From: Nitrospirota bacterium
GTDB taxonomy: Bacteria; Nitrospirota; Nitrospiria; SBBL01; SBBA01
Length of the DNA: 64,000 bases
Reading direction: 5' to 3'
Assembly (NCBI GenBank): GCA_038059935.1
Contig: JBBTIN010000016.1
Span: 46,943 to 110,942 of the forward strand
The stretch's first letter is position 1, and each line of letters starts with the position of its first letter. The notes beneath the pieces were generated by a model. It was not told where the DNA came from. It saw only the letters and a program-made list of their open reading frames with translations, and made no database searches. Positions 8,546-17,260 of the stretch are shown piece after piece. Position numbers and translations under genes: made by a program.

Positions 8546-9289
8546 CTATTCTTCGTTTTCGTCTAAGCCTTTTTCAAGATCATGACTTAATCCATGACCA
8601 TGAGACGCTTCTTCTTGTGGACGCTCAATATCTAATCCGTGGAGATGGGTCTGCTGTGCCCAACCGGAAGGGATAATGCTATGTCCCTCATAAAGAGGCT
8701 TGATCCCATTTTTCTTTACGCGCCGAAGGGCTTCCGCAAACTTGGCCAATTTCTCAACCCCCACGTTAGGGATGGAAGCCATGGCATCTTCGTGACCCGC
8801 CTCCGCACAAAGGGCGATCGTATAGCAATTTGTACCCGCTCGAATCATTTTTAACGTCACATTGGCAAAATGGCAATGAACCCCAACAAGGATGCAGGCC
8901 TCAATTTTATTATGCCAAATGGTTAAGTTAGGATGACAAGGGTTAATCACCGCTTCGGGATCAATCTTAGGGTAAATAGGGCGATAGTCAGGCATTGGAA
9001 TGATCCGAACACCGGGGATTTCATGGGCAATCTCAAAAAACGGATTGGCCTTTTCCCGTGTATGCTCAGTCCATCCCCAGATCATGAGTGGCCCTGGAAA
9101 TAAGGTTGGATTTTTTCGGGTGAGCAGCGCAATAGCGGCCGCTTCCATCGAGGCATCTTCGGAGACAATCTGTCCTTCTAACAGCCCCTCTCCTTCTTCC
9201 GGCAGCACAACCCCCATCATAGCCGCCGACGGAGGCAATAACCCCCACGGCCCCGGCGACACCGCATAAGCAGATTTCGTAACAGACAT
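8546..9289 (-). CDS. Putative fifth (epsilon-like) subunit of five-subunit 2-oxoacid:ferredoxin oxidoreductase
   Basis: A 247-aa ORF with a GGAGG RBS, first gene of the operon. Size and position match the extra subunit of Hydrogenobacter/Nitrospira-type five-subunit OFORs. No motif was verified. Confidence 0.5.
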   Translation of the reverse strand: MSVTKSAYAVSPGPWGLLPPSAAMMGVVLPEEGEGLLEGQIVSEDASMEAAAIALLTRKNPTLFPGPLMIWGWTEHTREKANPFFEIAHEIPGVRIIPMPDYRPIYPKIDPEAVINPCHPNLTIWHNKIEACILVGVHCHFANVTLKMIRAGTNCYTIALCAEAGHEDAMASIPNVGVEKLAKFAEALRRVKKNGIKPLYEGHSIIPSGWAQQTHLHGLDIERPQEEASHGHGLSHDLEKGLDENEE

Positions 9290-9347
9290 CCTAATGACCT
9301 CCTATGAAAAGAATTGTAAGTCCAAATCCCGCAGATACTAACAGAGG

Positions 9348-9371
9348 TTTTTGTTTGGTGTCAAACAAAAA
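9348..9371. repeat. Perfect 10-bp palindrome TTTTTGTTTG-GTGT-CAAACAAAAA
   Basis: Seen directly, 59-82 nt upstream of the OFOR operon start. Possible operator or bidirectional hairpin. Confidence 0.5.
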
Positions 9372-9504
9372 CTGGGCATTGTCAGTGACAACGAGAAAAG
9401 CGTATGGGTTTAGAACCGATCACGCAGCAGAAGCCACTTTATATCAAACACTTATTAGGGCTTTACCCGACCAAAGGTAACCCACGAATTCTTCTGACGA
9501 GATT

Positions 9505-10628
9505 TTAACCCAGATTGCGCGATAGGAATAAAAGGGTTAGATTGATGGGTAAGATTCTAATGCGTAGCAATAGAGATAGGAGGGGATGCGGTTTTTTAGC
9601 AAATTCAAGCAAAGTACGAATCACAACGTGAGCGAATATTTTTATTCTTGGATTTTCAATCATGTCCAATTTAACAATTTTACTTTAGACTTTGACTCTT
9701 CAGTCATGACGCGGTACGGCGCCCAAGAAGGTGCTAAAAAAGGCTATAATCCAGTGAAAAAGGGACGGCCTTCACATCATCCGTTGATTGCTTTTATTGG
9801 CGATGTAAAATTAGTGGCGAATATGTGGCTTCTTCGTTCCGATACGTCTTCGGCGAATAACTTTCTCTCTTTTTTAGAGGACACTTTGTCGAAATTGAAG
9901 GGCAAAGTGGTGAGTTTAATTCGTTTGGACAGCGGTTTTTTTCAGTCGAGTATTTTAGATTATCTAGAAGCAAAATCGTTAGAATATGTGGTTGCTGCTA
10001 AGTTTACACACCCGATTCAACGACTGATCGGCGGACAAGGCGTCTGGATTGTGCTAGATCAAGGGATTGAGATTTGTGAACGAGAGTATCAAAGTGCCTT
10101 GTGGTCGAAAGCAAGACGAATGGTCATTGTCCGGCAACAGATTAAAGAGCGGCCGAAAGCGCCTGGTAAACAATTGCGTTTGTTTTCGGACGATGAGATT
10201 CACAAGAACTACCGATATTCTGCCTATGTGACCAATCTGAAATTAGCGCCTGCGGAAGTGTGGCGGATTTATCGAGGTCGCGGGGACGCCGAAAACAGAA
10301 TCAAAGAATTAAAGTACGATTTTGGTTTTGACAGTTTTAATCTGAAAGGTTTTTATGCGACGGAAGCGGCACTGACGTTTGTCATGATTGCGTATAATTT
10401 GATGGCATTATTTCGAATGTTTCTGTTGCAGGAAAAAACACAAAAAACCTTATCCACGCTCCGATACAGAACATTTGCGATTGGGGCTTACTTTCAAAAA
10501 GTAGGGGATACCTTGATCCTGAAAATTGCGCTCACTAAAAAAAGAAGGGCGTGGTTTACTGGTCTTTGGAACGATTCAGACTCTTTCGAATACCCCTTCC
10601 AATTCTCTACTGCGTAATCTGGGTTTAA
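9505..10628 (+). mobile_element. IS element (IS4/IS1380-superfamily-like), probably 5'-deleted
   Basis: Imperfect terminal inverted repeats: TTAACCCAGATTGCGC (9505-9520) versus the reverse complement of 10611-10628, TTAAACCCAGATTACGCA. They enclose a single DDE transposase ORF. Confidence 0.6.
9586..10617 (+). CDS. DDE transposase (IS4/IS1380-like), N-terminally short
   Basis: Motifs LDFDSSV...GAQEGAKKGYNPVKKGRPSHHPL, IRLDSGFF and YRGRGDAENRIKELK. The first Asp lies only ~36 aa from the start, which suggests about 90 aa are missing. Confidence 0.85.
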   Translation: MRFFSKFKQSTNHNVSEYFYSWIFNHVQFNNFTLDFDSSVMTRYGAQEGAKKGYNPVKKGRPSHHPLIAFIGDVKLVANMWLLRSDTSSANNFLSFLEDTLSKLKGKVVSLIRLDSGFFQSSILDYLEAKSLEYVVAAKFTHPIQRLIGGQGVWIVLDQGIEICEREYQSALWSKARRMVIVRQQIKERPKAPGKQLRLFSDDEIHKNYRYSAYVTNLKLAPAEVWRIYRGRGDAENRIKELKYDFGFDSFNLKGFYATEAALTFVMIAYNLMALFRMFLLQEKTQKTLSTLRYRTFAIGAYFQKVGDTLILKIALTKKRRAWFTGLWNDSDSFEYPFQFSTA

Positions 10629-10724
10629 GAGCAGTCAAAAACGAATGAAGGAGGATTATCAAGCAGAAGCAATAGCCTTATAAACCTGGATGGGGGTGGG
10701 TCCATTTTACTTTATCGGGTGGGC

Positions 10725-13265
10725 CTATTTTGCTTGATCATTCATAGGAATCTTCGACAGGGAAACAACACCCCGATCAGCGTATGGAACATGTGTTTCA
10801 GGATCAAGCGTCAAGGGAAACGATCCCTTGATCTCTAAAGAAAAATGCTCCGGAAAAAAGAGTGTTCCCTTTGATAGCCGTTTGCTAAAGGAGATCTTTA
10901 CTTCAATCGCCTTTCCTTCAGCAGTCAAATGAACAATCTCTCCATCAGTAAGCATCAACAATTCCGCATCCTCTGGATGAATCGAAACACTCTCTTTCTC
11001 AACAATAACATTTAAGCCACTCGCGTAAGTCGAAAGACGACCGGAATGATAAAGCGATTGCCCGATTTGAATGTCAAAGAAACCATCCGAAGCCACTTTT
11101 GATTCTGATGGAACGATAGGACTCCTCCCGCTTTTGAGGTAAGATGAAACAGCAGTTGAGATATTTGGACTCGACTTTGATGTTTCTAGTACCGCCGTTT
11201 TCCATATTTCATCGGCACTCTTAAAGGAAAACGCAGTGCCTAATTTTTCGGCCAATAAAGAGAAAATCATCCAATCCGGTTTGCTGACCCCTACCGGATC
11301 AACGGCTTTACGAACCCGCTGAACCTCTCCCTCCTGATTGATATATCGCCCGTCTTTCTCCGCAAAGCTTGACGCCGAAAAAACAATATCAGCCATCGCT
11401 GCAGTTTCTGTCAGAAATAAATCTTGGCAAATTAAGAGATCCAGTTTTTCAAACGCCTCTTTGACCTTTTTTTGAGGCAAGGAGCGAAGCGGGTTTTCTC
11501 CCACAATATAAAGCGCCTTGATCTCCCCTTGAAGAATGGCATCAATAATCTCAACGAGCGTCTTCCCCCCCACGGCCGCTGGCACAAAACCGGGGAGATA
11601 TTCGGCCGCCGCGCCCATCTCCACAACACCCAACTCGTTATTTTCTTCCGCCAACGCAAGAATCCCAGCACCCGCTTTATCAACTTGTCCTGCTAAAATA
11701 GCCAGATCGGCAAGATTCAAACTATTCTGATAACCATTCTCACTTCTTAAAATCGCCCGCCCAATGATAAGAACGCCCCGTGAGGCCCCCGCATAAAGCG
11801 CGGCCGCCTCACGAATCGCGGCCTCCCCAATGCCGCTGTTTTTTTCAATCGTTTCAAATGAAACAGACGATACAGTCTTATCTATGGCTTCTGCCGACTT
11901 CTTTTCAGACAACACTTTGAGCAGACCAATAATGACCCACCCTTCCGTCCCGATTCGCACGGAAAGATGTCGCTCGGCGAGATGTGGAAGATGACTTTTA
12001 TAAGTGTCCCGCGCACTATTAAATGAATCAATCGCAATGAGCCGTGCACCCTTTTTCCGAACCGCCTCCTTGACCTTAATGGCACAGATCGGATTCGTCT
12101 CGGTCATGTCTCCGGCAAACGATAAGATCACATCGGCATTCACAATATCTTCGTATCGCACCATCCGCATCGTTCCAAACGCGGACGAAAACGCACGCGC
12201 CGAATTCATGTAGCCATAGCGCGCACCTGAATCAACATGAGGCGTTCCGATCACCTCGCGCATCAACTTCTGAAAAAGATACGCGTCTTCATTCGTGCAA
12301 TGACTCGAAATAATTCCCGCAATCGCCGACGCGCCATTTTTTTCCTGAATGGCCTTTAAGGAGGACGCCGCCTGATTCAACGCCCATTCCCATGTGACAT
12401 CCATTCGCTTGCCCTGCTTGACGACTTGGGGACGAAGCAGACGGTCATTATGATTTACAAAGTCGTATCCGAAAAATCCGCGCGCGCAAATATCCCCCCC
12501 GTTTCTCCCGATCCCCATTTCGGAACTGACGCGAATGACTTTATCGTCAATCGTTTCAAGGGTGAGCTGACAGCCGTCGCCGCAATAGGTGCAGATCGTA
12601 TTTGTTTTCTTCACCTGCCATGTCCGATAGTCATACATGGAGGCACGACTCGTTAACGCACCGACCGGACAAATTTGAATACACCCGCCGCAAAATTCGC
12701 AATCCAATGGATGATGCGCAAATCCGCCAATTTCCGTAACCGAACCCCGATCAATGGACCCCAACGCGTTGGAGTCAATCACCTCGTCGCAATAACGAAC
12801 ACACCGCAGACAAGAGACACAGCGGTTCATCTCCTTCTCGATCAGCGGCCCAAAATATTCCTTTTCAAAAACCCGTTTCTCTTCAGTAAAACTTCCAACA
12901 CTCGGAGAATGACGATGGGCAAAATCCTGAAGCTGACACTCCCCGCCTTGATCGCATTCGGGACAGTCCAATGGATGATTTCCAAGAATAAAGGCCATCA
13001 CCCCATTTTGGGCATCTTTGACCCGATCCGTATCGGATCGAACCACCATGCCTTCAGCGGCGACGGTACTACAAGAGGTTTGAAGCTTCGGCATTTTCAA
13101 AACTTCAACAATACACATTCGGCAGTTTGCGTCGGCTTTTAATTTCGGGTGGTAACAAAAGTGAGGCAGTTCGGCCCCAGCCACCTTGGCCGCTTCAATG
13201 AGAAGGGTTCCTTTTTCTACCTCAATATCTTGACCATTAAAATTCAATCGGACTTTTTCTGCCAT
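10725..13265 (-). CDS. NuoG/Nqo3-like Fe-S molybdopterin-family oxidoreductase (orphan)
   Basis: Fe-S motifs: 2Fe-2S CYHPKLKADANCRMC, HPLDCPECDQGGECQLQD, CVSCLRCVRYC, CEFCGGCIQICPVGAL and TICTYCGDGC. No other nuo genes are adjacent. Confidence 0.8.
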   Translation of the reverse strand: MAEKVRLNFNGQDIEVEKGTLLIEAAKVAGAELPHFCYHPKLKADANCRMCIVEVLKMPKLQTSCSTVAAEGMVVRSDTDRVKDAQNGVMAFILGNHPLDCPECDQGGECQLQDFAHRHSPSVGSFTEEKRVFEKEYFGPLIEKEMNRCVSCLRCVRYCDEVIDSNALGSIDRGSVTEIGGFAHHPLDCEFCGGCIQICPVGALTSRASMYDYRTWQVKKTNTICTYCGDGCQLTLETIDDKVIRVSSEMGIGRNGGDICARGFFGYDFVNHNDRLLRPQVVKQGKRMDVTWEWALNQAASSLKAIQEKNGASAIAGIISSHCTNEDAYLFQKLMREVIGTPHVDSGARYGYMNSARAFSSAFGTMRMVRYEDIVNADVILSFAGDMTETNPICAIKVKEAVRKKGARLIAIDSFNSARDTYKSHLPHLAERHLSVRIGTEGWVIIGLLKVLSEKKSAEAIDKTVSSVSFETIEKNSGIGEAAIREAAALYAGASRGVLIIGRAILRSENGYQNSLNLADLAILAGQVDKAGAGILALAEENNELGVVEMGAAAEYLPGFVPAAVGGKTLVEIIDAILQGEIKALYIVGENPLRSLPQKKVKEAFEKLDLLICQDLFLTETAAMADIVFSASSFAEKDGRYINQEGEVQRVRKAVDPVGVSKPDWMIFSLLAEKLGTAFSFKSADEIWKTAVLETSKSSPNISTAVSSYLKSGRSPIVPSESKVASDGFFDIQIGQSLYHSGRLSTYASGLNVIVEKESVSIHPEDAELLMLTDGEIVHLTAEGKAIEVKISFSKRLSKGTLFFPEHFSLEIKGSFPLTLDPETHVPYADRGVVSLSKIPMNDQAK

Positions 13266-13402
13266 CTTTTACCTTTCCTCGTGATTGGACGCCGAATCGT
13301 AGTCTTTTAGCATTTTTTTTTCAACCCCAAAAATTGCGTCATCTAAAATACAAACCTATCCTTACAGGATAAAGGCTGTCCAATTGGAGCTATAATTAAA
13401 AA

Positions 13403-13974
13403 GTGTGTAAAAGTTAAAAGAGGGCGGCATATACTTTCGGGTTGAAGAAACCATCAAACCCGGCAGACCGGGAGAAAGGACACGCCACCATAAGATCATG
13501 AATGTGCTGGATCGGTTTCCGAAGCGGCTGCGTGGAGAGGCTGCGGAATTATTGGGAAAGATTCCGTATGCCAGGACCCAGCGGGAATGCGAAGCGATGC
13601 GGGATGGTTTTATAGATCGGTACCGCGGGACCCAGGCGAAGGCCTGTGAAGTGTTAATGCGGGATTGGGAGCGGATGGTGACGTTTTATTTGTTTCCAAA
13701 GGAGCACTGGGTACACATTCGGACGACGAATGTAGTGGAGTCGCCGTTTCATGGGAGTCGGTTGAGGACGAATGCGATAAAGCGATACAAGCGGGTGGAG
13801 AATGCGACGGCGATGATCTGGAAGCTTTTAAAGGTTGCCGAGAAACGATTTCGGACATTGAAGGGGGTTGAGAAGTTAAAAAGTGTTTATGAAGGGAACC
13901 TGTATCGAGACGGAGAAGAAATAACAACGGTTCAATCTGAAAGGATGGCCGCCTGATGAAAAACTTTTACACAC
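13403..13974 (+). mobile_element. Internally deleted IS256-family element retaining both ends
   Basis: GTGTGTAAAAGTT (13403-13415) and its exact reverse complement AACTTTTACACAC (13962-13974) bracket a transposase 3' fragment. Confidence 0.65.
13498..13956 (+). pseudogene. IS256-family (mutator-type) transposase, C-terminal third only
   Basis: Sequence FPKEHWVHIRTTNVVESPFHGSRLRT...ENATAMIWKLLKVAEKRFRTLKG is typical of the IS256 C-terminus. The N-terminal DDE region is absent. Confidence 0.8.
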
Positions 13975-14026
13975 CTATTGACATGAGCTCCAGACGCCGA
14001 CTGCAGGTCAGTGCGCAAACTTTTTC

Positions 14027-14065
14027 ATCATCAAAACTGAAAAGACGTTGGGAATCTTTTTCATG
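14027..14065. repeat. 39-bp direct repeat, copy A
   Basis: ATCATCAAAACTGAAAAGACGTTGGGAATCTTTTTCATG, 37/39 identical to 14587-14625. Confidence 0.85.
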
Positions 14066-14192
14066 TCTCCATGATACAAACCTACGGTTACCTTTTAGGT
14101 GTGGTTGCGTGGAGGATGAGTCGCTGCGTCGCGCACAACAACGAGCAAACCTACTGCTAATATTAGCAATGCTGTAATTGGAACCCAGATCA

Positions 14193-14411
14193 TTAAAGTT
14201 TCTCCAATTCATCTAGCCGATTATAGACAACGCGGCTAACCCAGATGATTCCACCGGTAAGGGAAATAACAACGACAAGCCCAACAATAAGCATCCCTGT
14301 TCTCGCTGTGGCGAAATTCTGAGCAAGCCATGCCACAAGTGTAGCATCAATAGCGGTAAGAACCCCGAAAACAACCTTAAGGCCAACCGAGTTCTTCCTT
14401 AATACGCTCAA
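14193..14411 (-). CDS. Hypothetical small membrane protein (72 aa, TTG start)
   Basis: Two predicted hydrophobic helices. The start is non-ATG with no clear RBS. The ORF lies between the two 39-bp direct repeats. Confidence 0.25.
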   Translation of the reverse strand: MSVLRKNSVGLKVVFGVLTAIDATLVAWLAQNFATARTGMLIVGLVVVISLTGGIIWVSRVVYNRLDELEKL

Positions 14412-14586
14412 TTTGAGGCATAGGCCTATTCTACCACAAACCGAGAACCAACCCCAATTTTACTACTTCTTAAAGTATTTAAGGTCGCTGCTAGCACTTC
14501 TTCACCGCGCAGTTTCATACGGACATCTGCTACCCAACAATGTTTTTAAGCGATAAGGCAAGTATAGCAGAGATAGAGACTTTTAA

Positions 14587-14625
14587 ATCATCAAAACTGA
14601 AAAGACGCCGGGAATCTTTTTCATG
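14587..14625. repeat. 39-bp direct repeat, copy B (2 nt from thiD stop)
   Basis: ATCATCAAAACTGAAAAGACGCCGGGAATCTTTTTCATG. It contains a weak GAAAAGA/TCTTTTTC hairpin. Confidence 0.85.
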
Positions 14626-14627
14626 GT

Positions 14628-15467
14628 TTAACAGGCTCCTTCAATCACATCTTTATCCTGCCTTCCCTCAAACAAGGATCGGTTCCAAAAATGATGCACC
14701 GGCCCAACACCCTTTCCAATCTCCAACCCATACCGAATCGCCTCCGTCATATACCGCTTGGCCAAGAAAACGGCATCCACAAGGTTTTCCCCGTGCGCCA
14801 AATGCGCGGCAATCGCAGACGCATACGTACACCCCGTTCCATGCGTGTGACGCGTGTCAATATACGCCCCAGAAATCACCGTAAAATCGTTTCCGTCAAA
14901 AAGAATATCGGTGCCACGATCTTCCTCTAAGTGCCCTCCCTTGACCAAAACGGCCTTCGGTCCCAATTGAAAAATAATCTTCGCCGCACGTCTCGCATCT
15001 TCAAGTGTCCTAACGGGATGACCCGTCAATTGTTCCGCCTCCATGCAATTGGGCGTAACAAGCCGGGCAATCGGTAGGAGTTCTTTTTTTACAGATACAA
15101 TTGCGTCCGGCTGAAGAAGCAGCTTGCCCGATTTTGAAACCATCACCGGGTCAACAACCAGATTCTTTGCACCGTATTGTCTCAATCGTTTGGCAACACA
15201 TTCGACAATCTCGCGAGAGGAGAGCATCCCGATCTTCACCGCAGCAATATCAAAATCGGAAAACAACAAATCTATTTGTTCTTCAATCAGGGAGATTGGT
15301 AAATCATAAACTGCTGTCATGGTTTGGGTATTCTGCGCGGCCATCGCAGTCATGACGGACAACCCAAAGACGCCATGCGCCGCAAACGTCTTGATGTCGG
15401 CCTGAATGCCCGCCCCACCAGAAGGATCAAATCCCGCAATCGTTAAGACTTGTTTTTGAGAGGCCAT
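14628..15467 (-). CDS. thiD: Hydroxymethylpyrimidine/phosphomethylpyrimidine kinase
   Basis: VLTIAGFDPSGGAGIQADIKT, and THGTGCT near the C-terminus. Confidence 0.9.
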   Translation of the reverse strand: MASQKQVLTIAGFDPSGGAGIQADIKTFAAHGVFGLSVMTAMAAQNTQTMTAVYDLPISLIEEQIDLLFSDFDIAAVKIGMLSSREIVECVAKRLRQYGAKNLVVDPVMVSKSGKLLLQPDAIVSVKKELLPIARLVTPNCMEAEQLTGHPVRTLEDARRAAKIIFQLGPKAVLVKGGHLEEDRGTDILFDGNDFTVISGAYIDTRHTHGTGCTYASAIAAHLAHGENLVDAVFLAKRYMTEAIRYGLEIGKGVGPVHHFWNRSLFEGRQDKDVIEGAC

Positions 15468-15472
15468 CTTTA

Positions 15473-15506
15473 CAACCCCCTACCCCCCTTTGATAAGGGG
15501 GAATTT
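15473..15506 (+). repeat. R3 palindromic element
   Basis: CAACCCCCTACCCCCC-TTTGATA-AGGGGGAATTT in the moaA-thiD gap. Confidence 0.75.
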
Positions 15507-15541
15507 ATGAGAGGTAGCACTTTTTTGTACAGGGAGAATCA

Positions 15542-16543
15542 TCATCCGCCCAAATACGACATCTCTACCTTCGGAAGATTTTGGGTCTTTGCGCTTCTAA
15601 TCTCGGAGTAACGATCGGTTCGATTTCGCCACACCCCCGAAATGATTTCCGCAATCTGCTCATCACTCGCGCCCGCGCGAAGCGATGTCAGCAAGTCATG
15701 ACCCTCTGTTGCAAATAGGCAAGTAAAAAGTCTCCCGTCCGCAGAAAGACGCGAGCGACTGCAATCGCCGCAGAACGGCTGGGTCACCGATGTAATCACC
15801 CCAATCTCTCCGCTCCCATCGCAATAGCGCCAGCGGTTTGCAACCTCTCCTTGATATTGCTTGCCCACCGGCTCAATCGGCATTTTTGCGTGAATCGTTT
15901 TAATCACCTCTCTGGCAGGAACCACATCGTTTAGACGCCATCCGTTACAATCCCCAACGTCCATATACTCAATAAAACGAAGAATATGGCCACTGCCACG
16001 GAAATAACGCGCCATCGGTAAAATCTCTTGATCGTTCATGCCCCGCTTTAAAACCACATTGATTTTAATCGGCGTAAACCCCGCTTCGGCTGCTGCGTTA
16101 ATTCCATCCAGCACACGCCGCACCGGAAAATCCACATCGTTCATGGCCTGAAAAATTTTGTCATCCAACGCGTCGAGGCTAACCGTAATTCTTTGCAAAC
16201 CCGCTTCTTTGAGCAGGCGTACTTGCTCGGCTAATAATGCACCGTTGGTGGTGAGTGTGATGTCAAGATCAGGAATCTGTGCAAGGAGCGTAATTAAATG
16301 ATGAATCTCGCGGCGAAGCAGCGGCTCTCCTCCAGTCACACGAACCTTTTTTACGCCCAGAGAAACAAAGATTTTCGTGAGACGGGCAATCTCCTCAAAT
16401 CGGAGAATTTTCTCGCGCGGAAGAAAGACGTAGTCGCGCCCGAAAACTTCCTTGGGCATACAGTAGACACAACGAAAGTTGCAACGATCGGTGACGGAAA
16501 TCCGAAGGTCACGAATGGGGCGATTAAATGGATCGAGCACCAT
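15542..16543 (-). CDS. moaA: GTP 3',8-cyclase (molybdenum cofactor biosynthesis protein A)
   Basis: Radical-SAM motif RISVTDRCNFRCVYCMP and C-terminal CGDCSRSRLSADG. Confidence 0.92.
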   Translation of the reverse strand: MVLDPFNRPIRDLRISVTDRCNFRCVYCMPKEVFGRDYVFLPREKILRFEEIARLTKIFVSLGVKKVRVTGGEPLLRREIHHLITLLAQIPDLDITLTTNGALLAEQVRLLKEAGLQRITVSLDALDDKIFQAMNDVDFPVRRVLDGINAAAEAGFTPIKINVVLKRGMNDQEILPMARYFRGSGHILRFIEYMDVGDCNGWRLNDVVPAREVIKTIHAKMPIEPVGKQYQGEVANRWRYCDGSGEIGVITSVTQPFCGDCSRSRLSADGRLFTCLFATEGHDLLTSLRAGASDEQIAEIISGVWRNRTDRYSEIRSAKTQNLPKVEMSYLGG

Positions 16544-16546
16544 CCC

Positions 16547-17071
16547 TTACACGGTAAGTTGGGCGGCTTCGGTCATTTGATGAAAGACCGCTTCCGTAAA
16601 AAGCCGCTCTAAACACAACAATAAAATAAGCCGCTCTTTATATCGGAAAACGCCCTCAATCACAGGAAGGGGCTGCTCAATCAGATTTTTGGCTGATTGA
16701 ATCAAATTTTTTTCAATCGCCACCACTTCGGAGACTAAATCCACAATAAACCCAACCCGCTTATAATGAATCTCTACAATCAGAATTTGCGCCAATTCAT
16801 CACTTAAACTTTGCACGACACCGCCTTGTCCGGCAGCCTGAAGCCTTTTCCCCAAGTGAATCACAGGAATAATCGTGCCGCGAAGATCAATCAGCCCCGC
16901 AAAATAATCGGGAACACTCGGCAAGGGATTAATCTTTTTCCCATAGATCACCTCCCGAACAGAGCCAATATCAACCGCGTACTCTTTCTCCCCCAGCACA
17001 AAACTAACAGCCCCTTGCTTCGCTGCGGTGGTGGCCTGTACCTCTTTTTTTTTATTGGAGAAAAGACTCAT
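16547..17071 (-). CDS. cheW: Chemotaxis coupling protein CheW
   Basis: CheW-like domain (FVLGEKEYAVDIGSVREV...IDLRGTIIPVIHL). Confidence 0.85.
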   Translation of the reverse strand: MSLFSNKKKEVQATTAAKQGAVSFVLGEKEYAVDIGSVREVIYGKKINPLPSVPDYFAGLIDLRGTIIPVIHLGKRLQAAGQGGVVQSLSDELAQILIVEIHYKRVGFIVDLVSEVVAIEKNLIQSAKNLIEQPLPVIEGVFRYKERLILLLCLERLFTEAVFHQMTEAAQLTV

Positions 17072-17092
17072 TAAACGCCTTGTAATGACATT

Positions 17093-17124
17093 TATACTTA
17101 GTGTCTGAACGGAAACTAAGTATA
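17093..17124. repeat. Perfect 10-bp stem hairpin TATACTTAGT-N12-ACTAAGTATA
   Basis: Seen directly. It is the first module of the repeat mosaic between mcp and cheW. Confidence 0.7.
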
Positions 17125-17126
17125 CT

Positions 17127-17165
17127 AACCACCCCTAGCCCCTCCTTAACTAAGGAGGGGAATTT
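17127..17165 (+). repeat. R3 palindromic element
   Basis: AACCACCCCTAGCCCCTCC-TTAACTA-AGGAGGGGAATTT. Confidence 0.75.
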
Positions 17166-17189
17166 CCAAGTGCACATGCACCCATCTTT

Positions 17190-17239
17190 CTCGACCGACC
17201 AACGGGAAGTCTGACTCCTGCTGGAGGCCGGTGCCTCCC
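17190..17239 (+). repeat. R1 element copy 5
   Basis: CTCGACCGACCAACGGGAAGTCTGACTCCTGCTGGAGGCCGGTGCCTCC, with terminal hairpin GGAGGC-CGGT-GCCTCC. Confidence 0.85.
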
Positions 17240-17260
17240 AATCTCTCAGGCAACCGCGCC

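Noticed and set aside
15468-15541. A TPP riboswitch upstream of thiD, and a Moco riboswitch upstream of moaA.
   Set aside because: The thiD leader is only 74 nt and consists of an R3 palindrome. moaA starts 3 nt after cheW, which leaves no room for a riboswitch.
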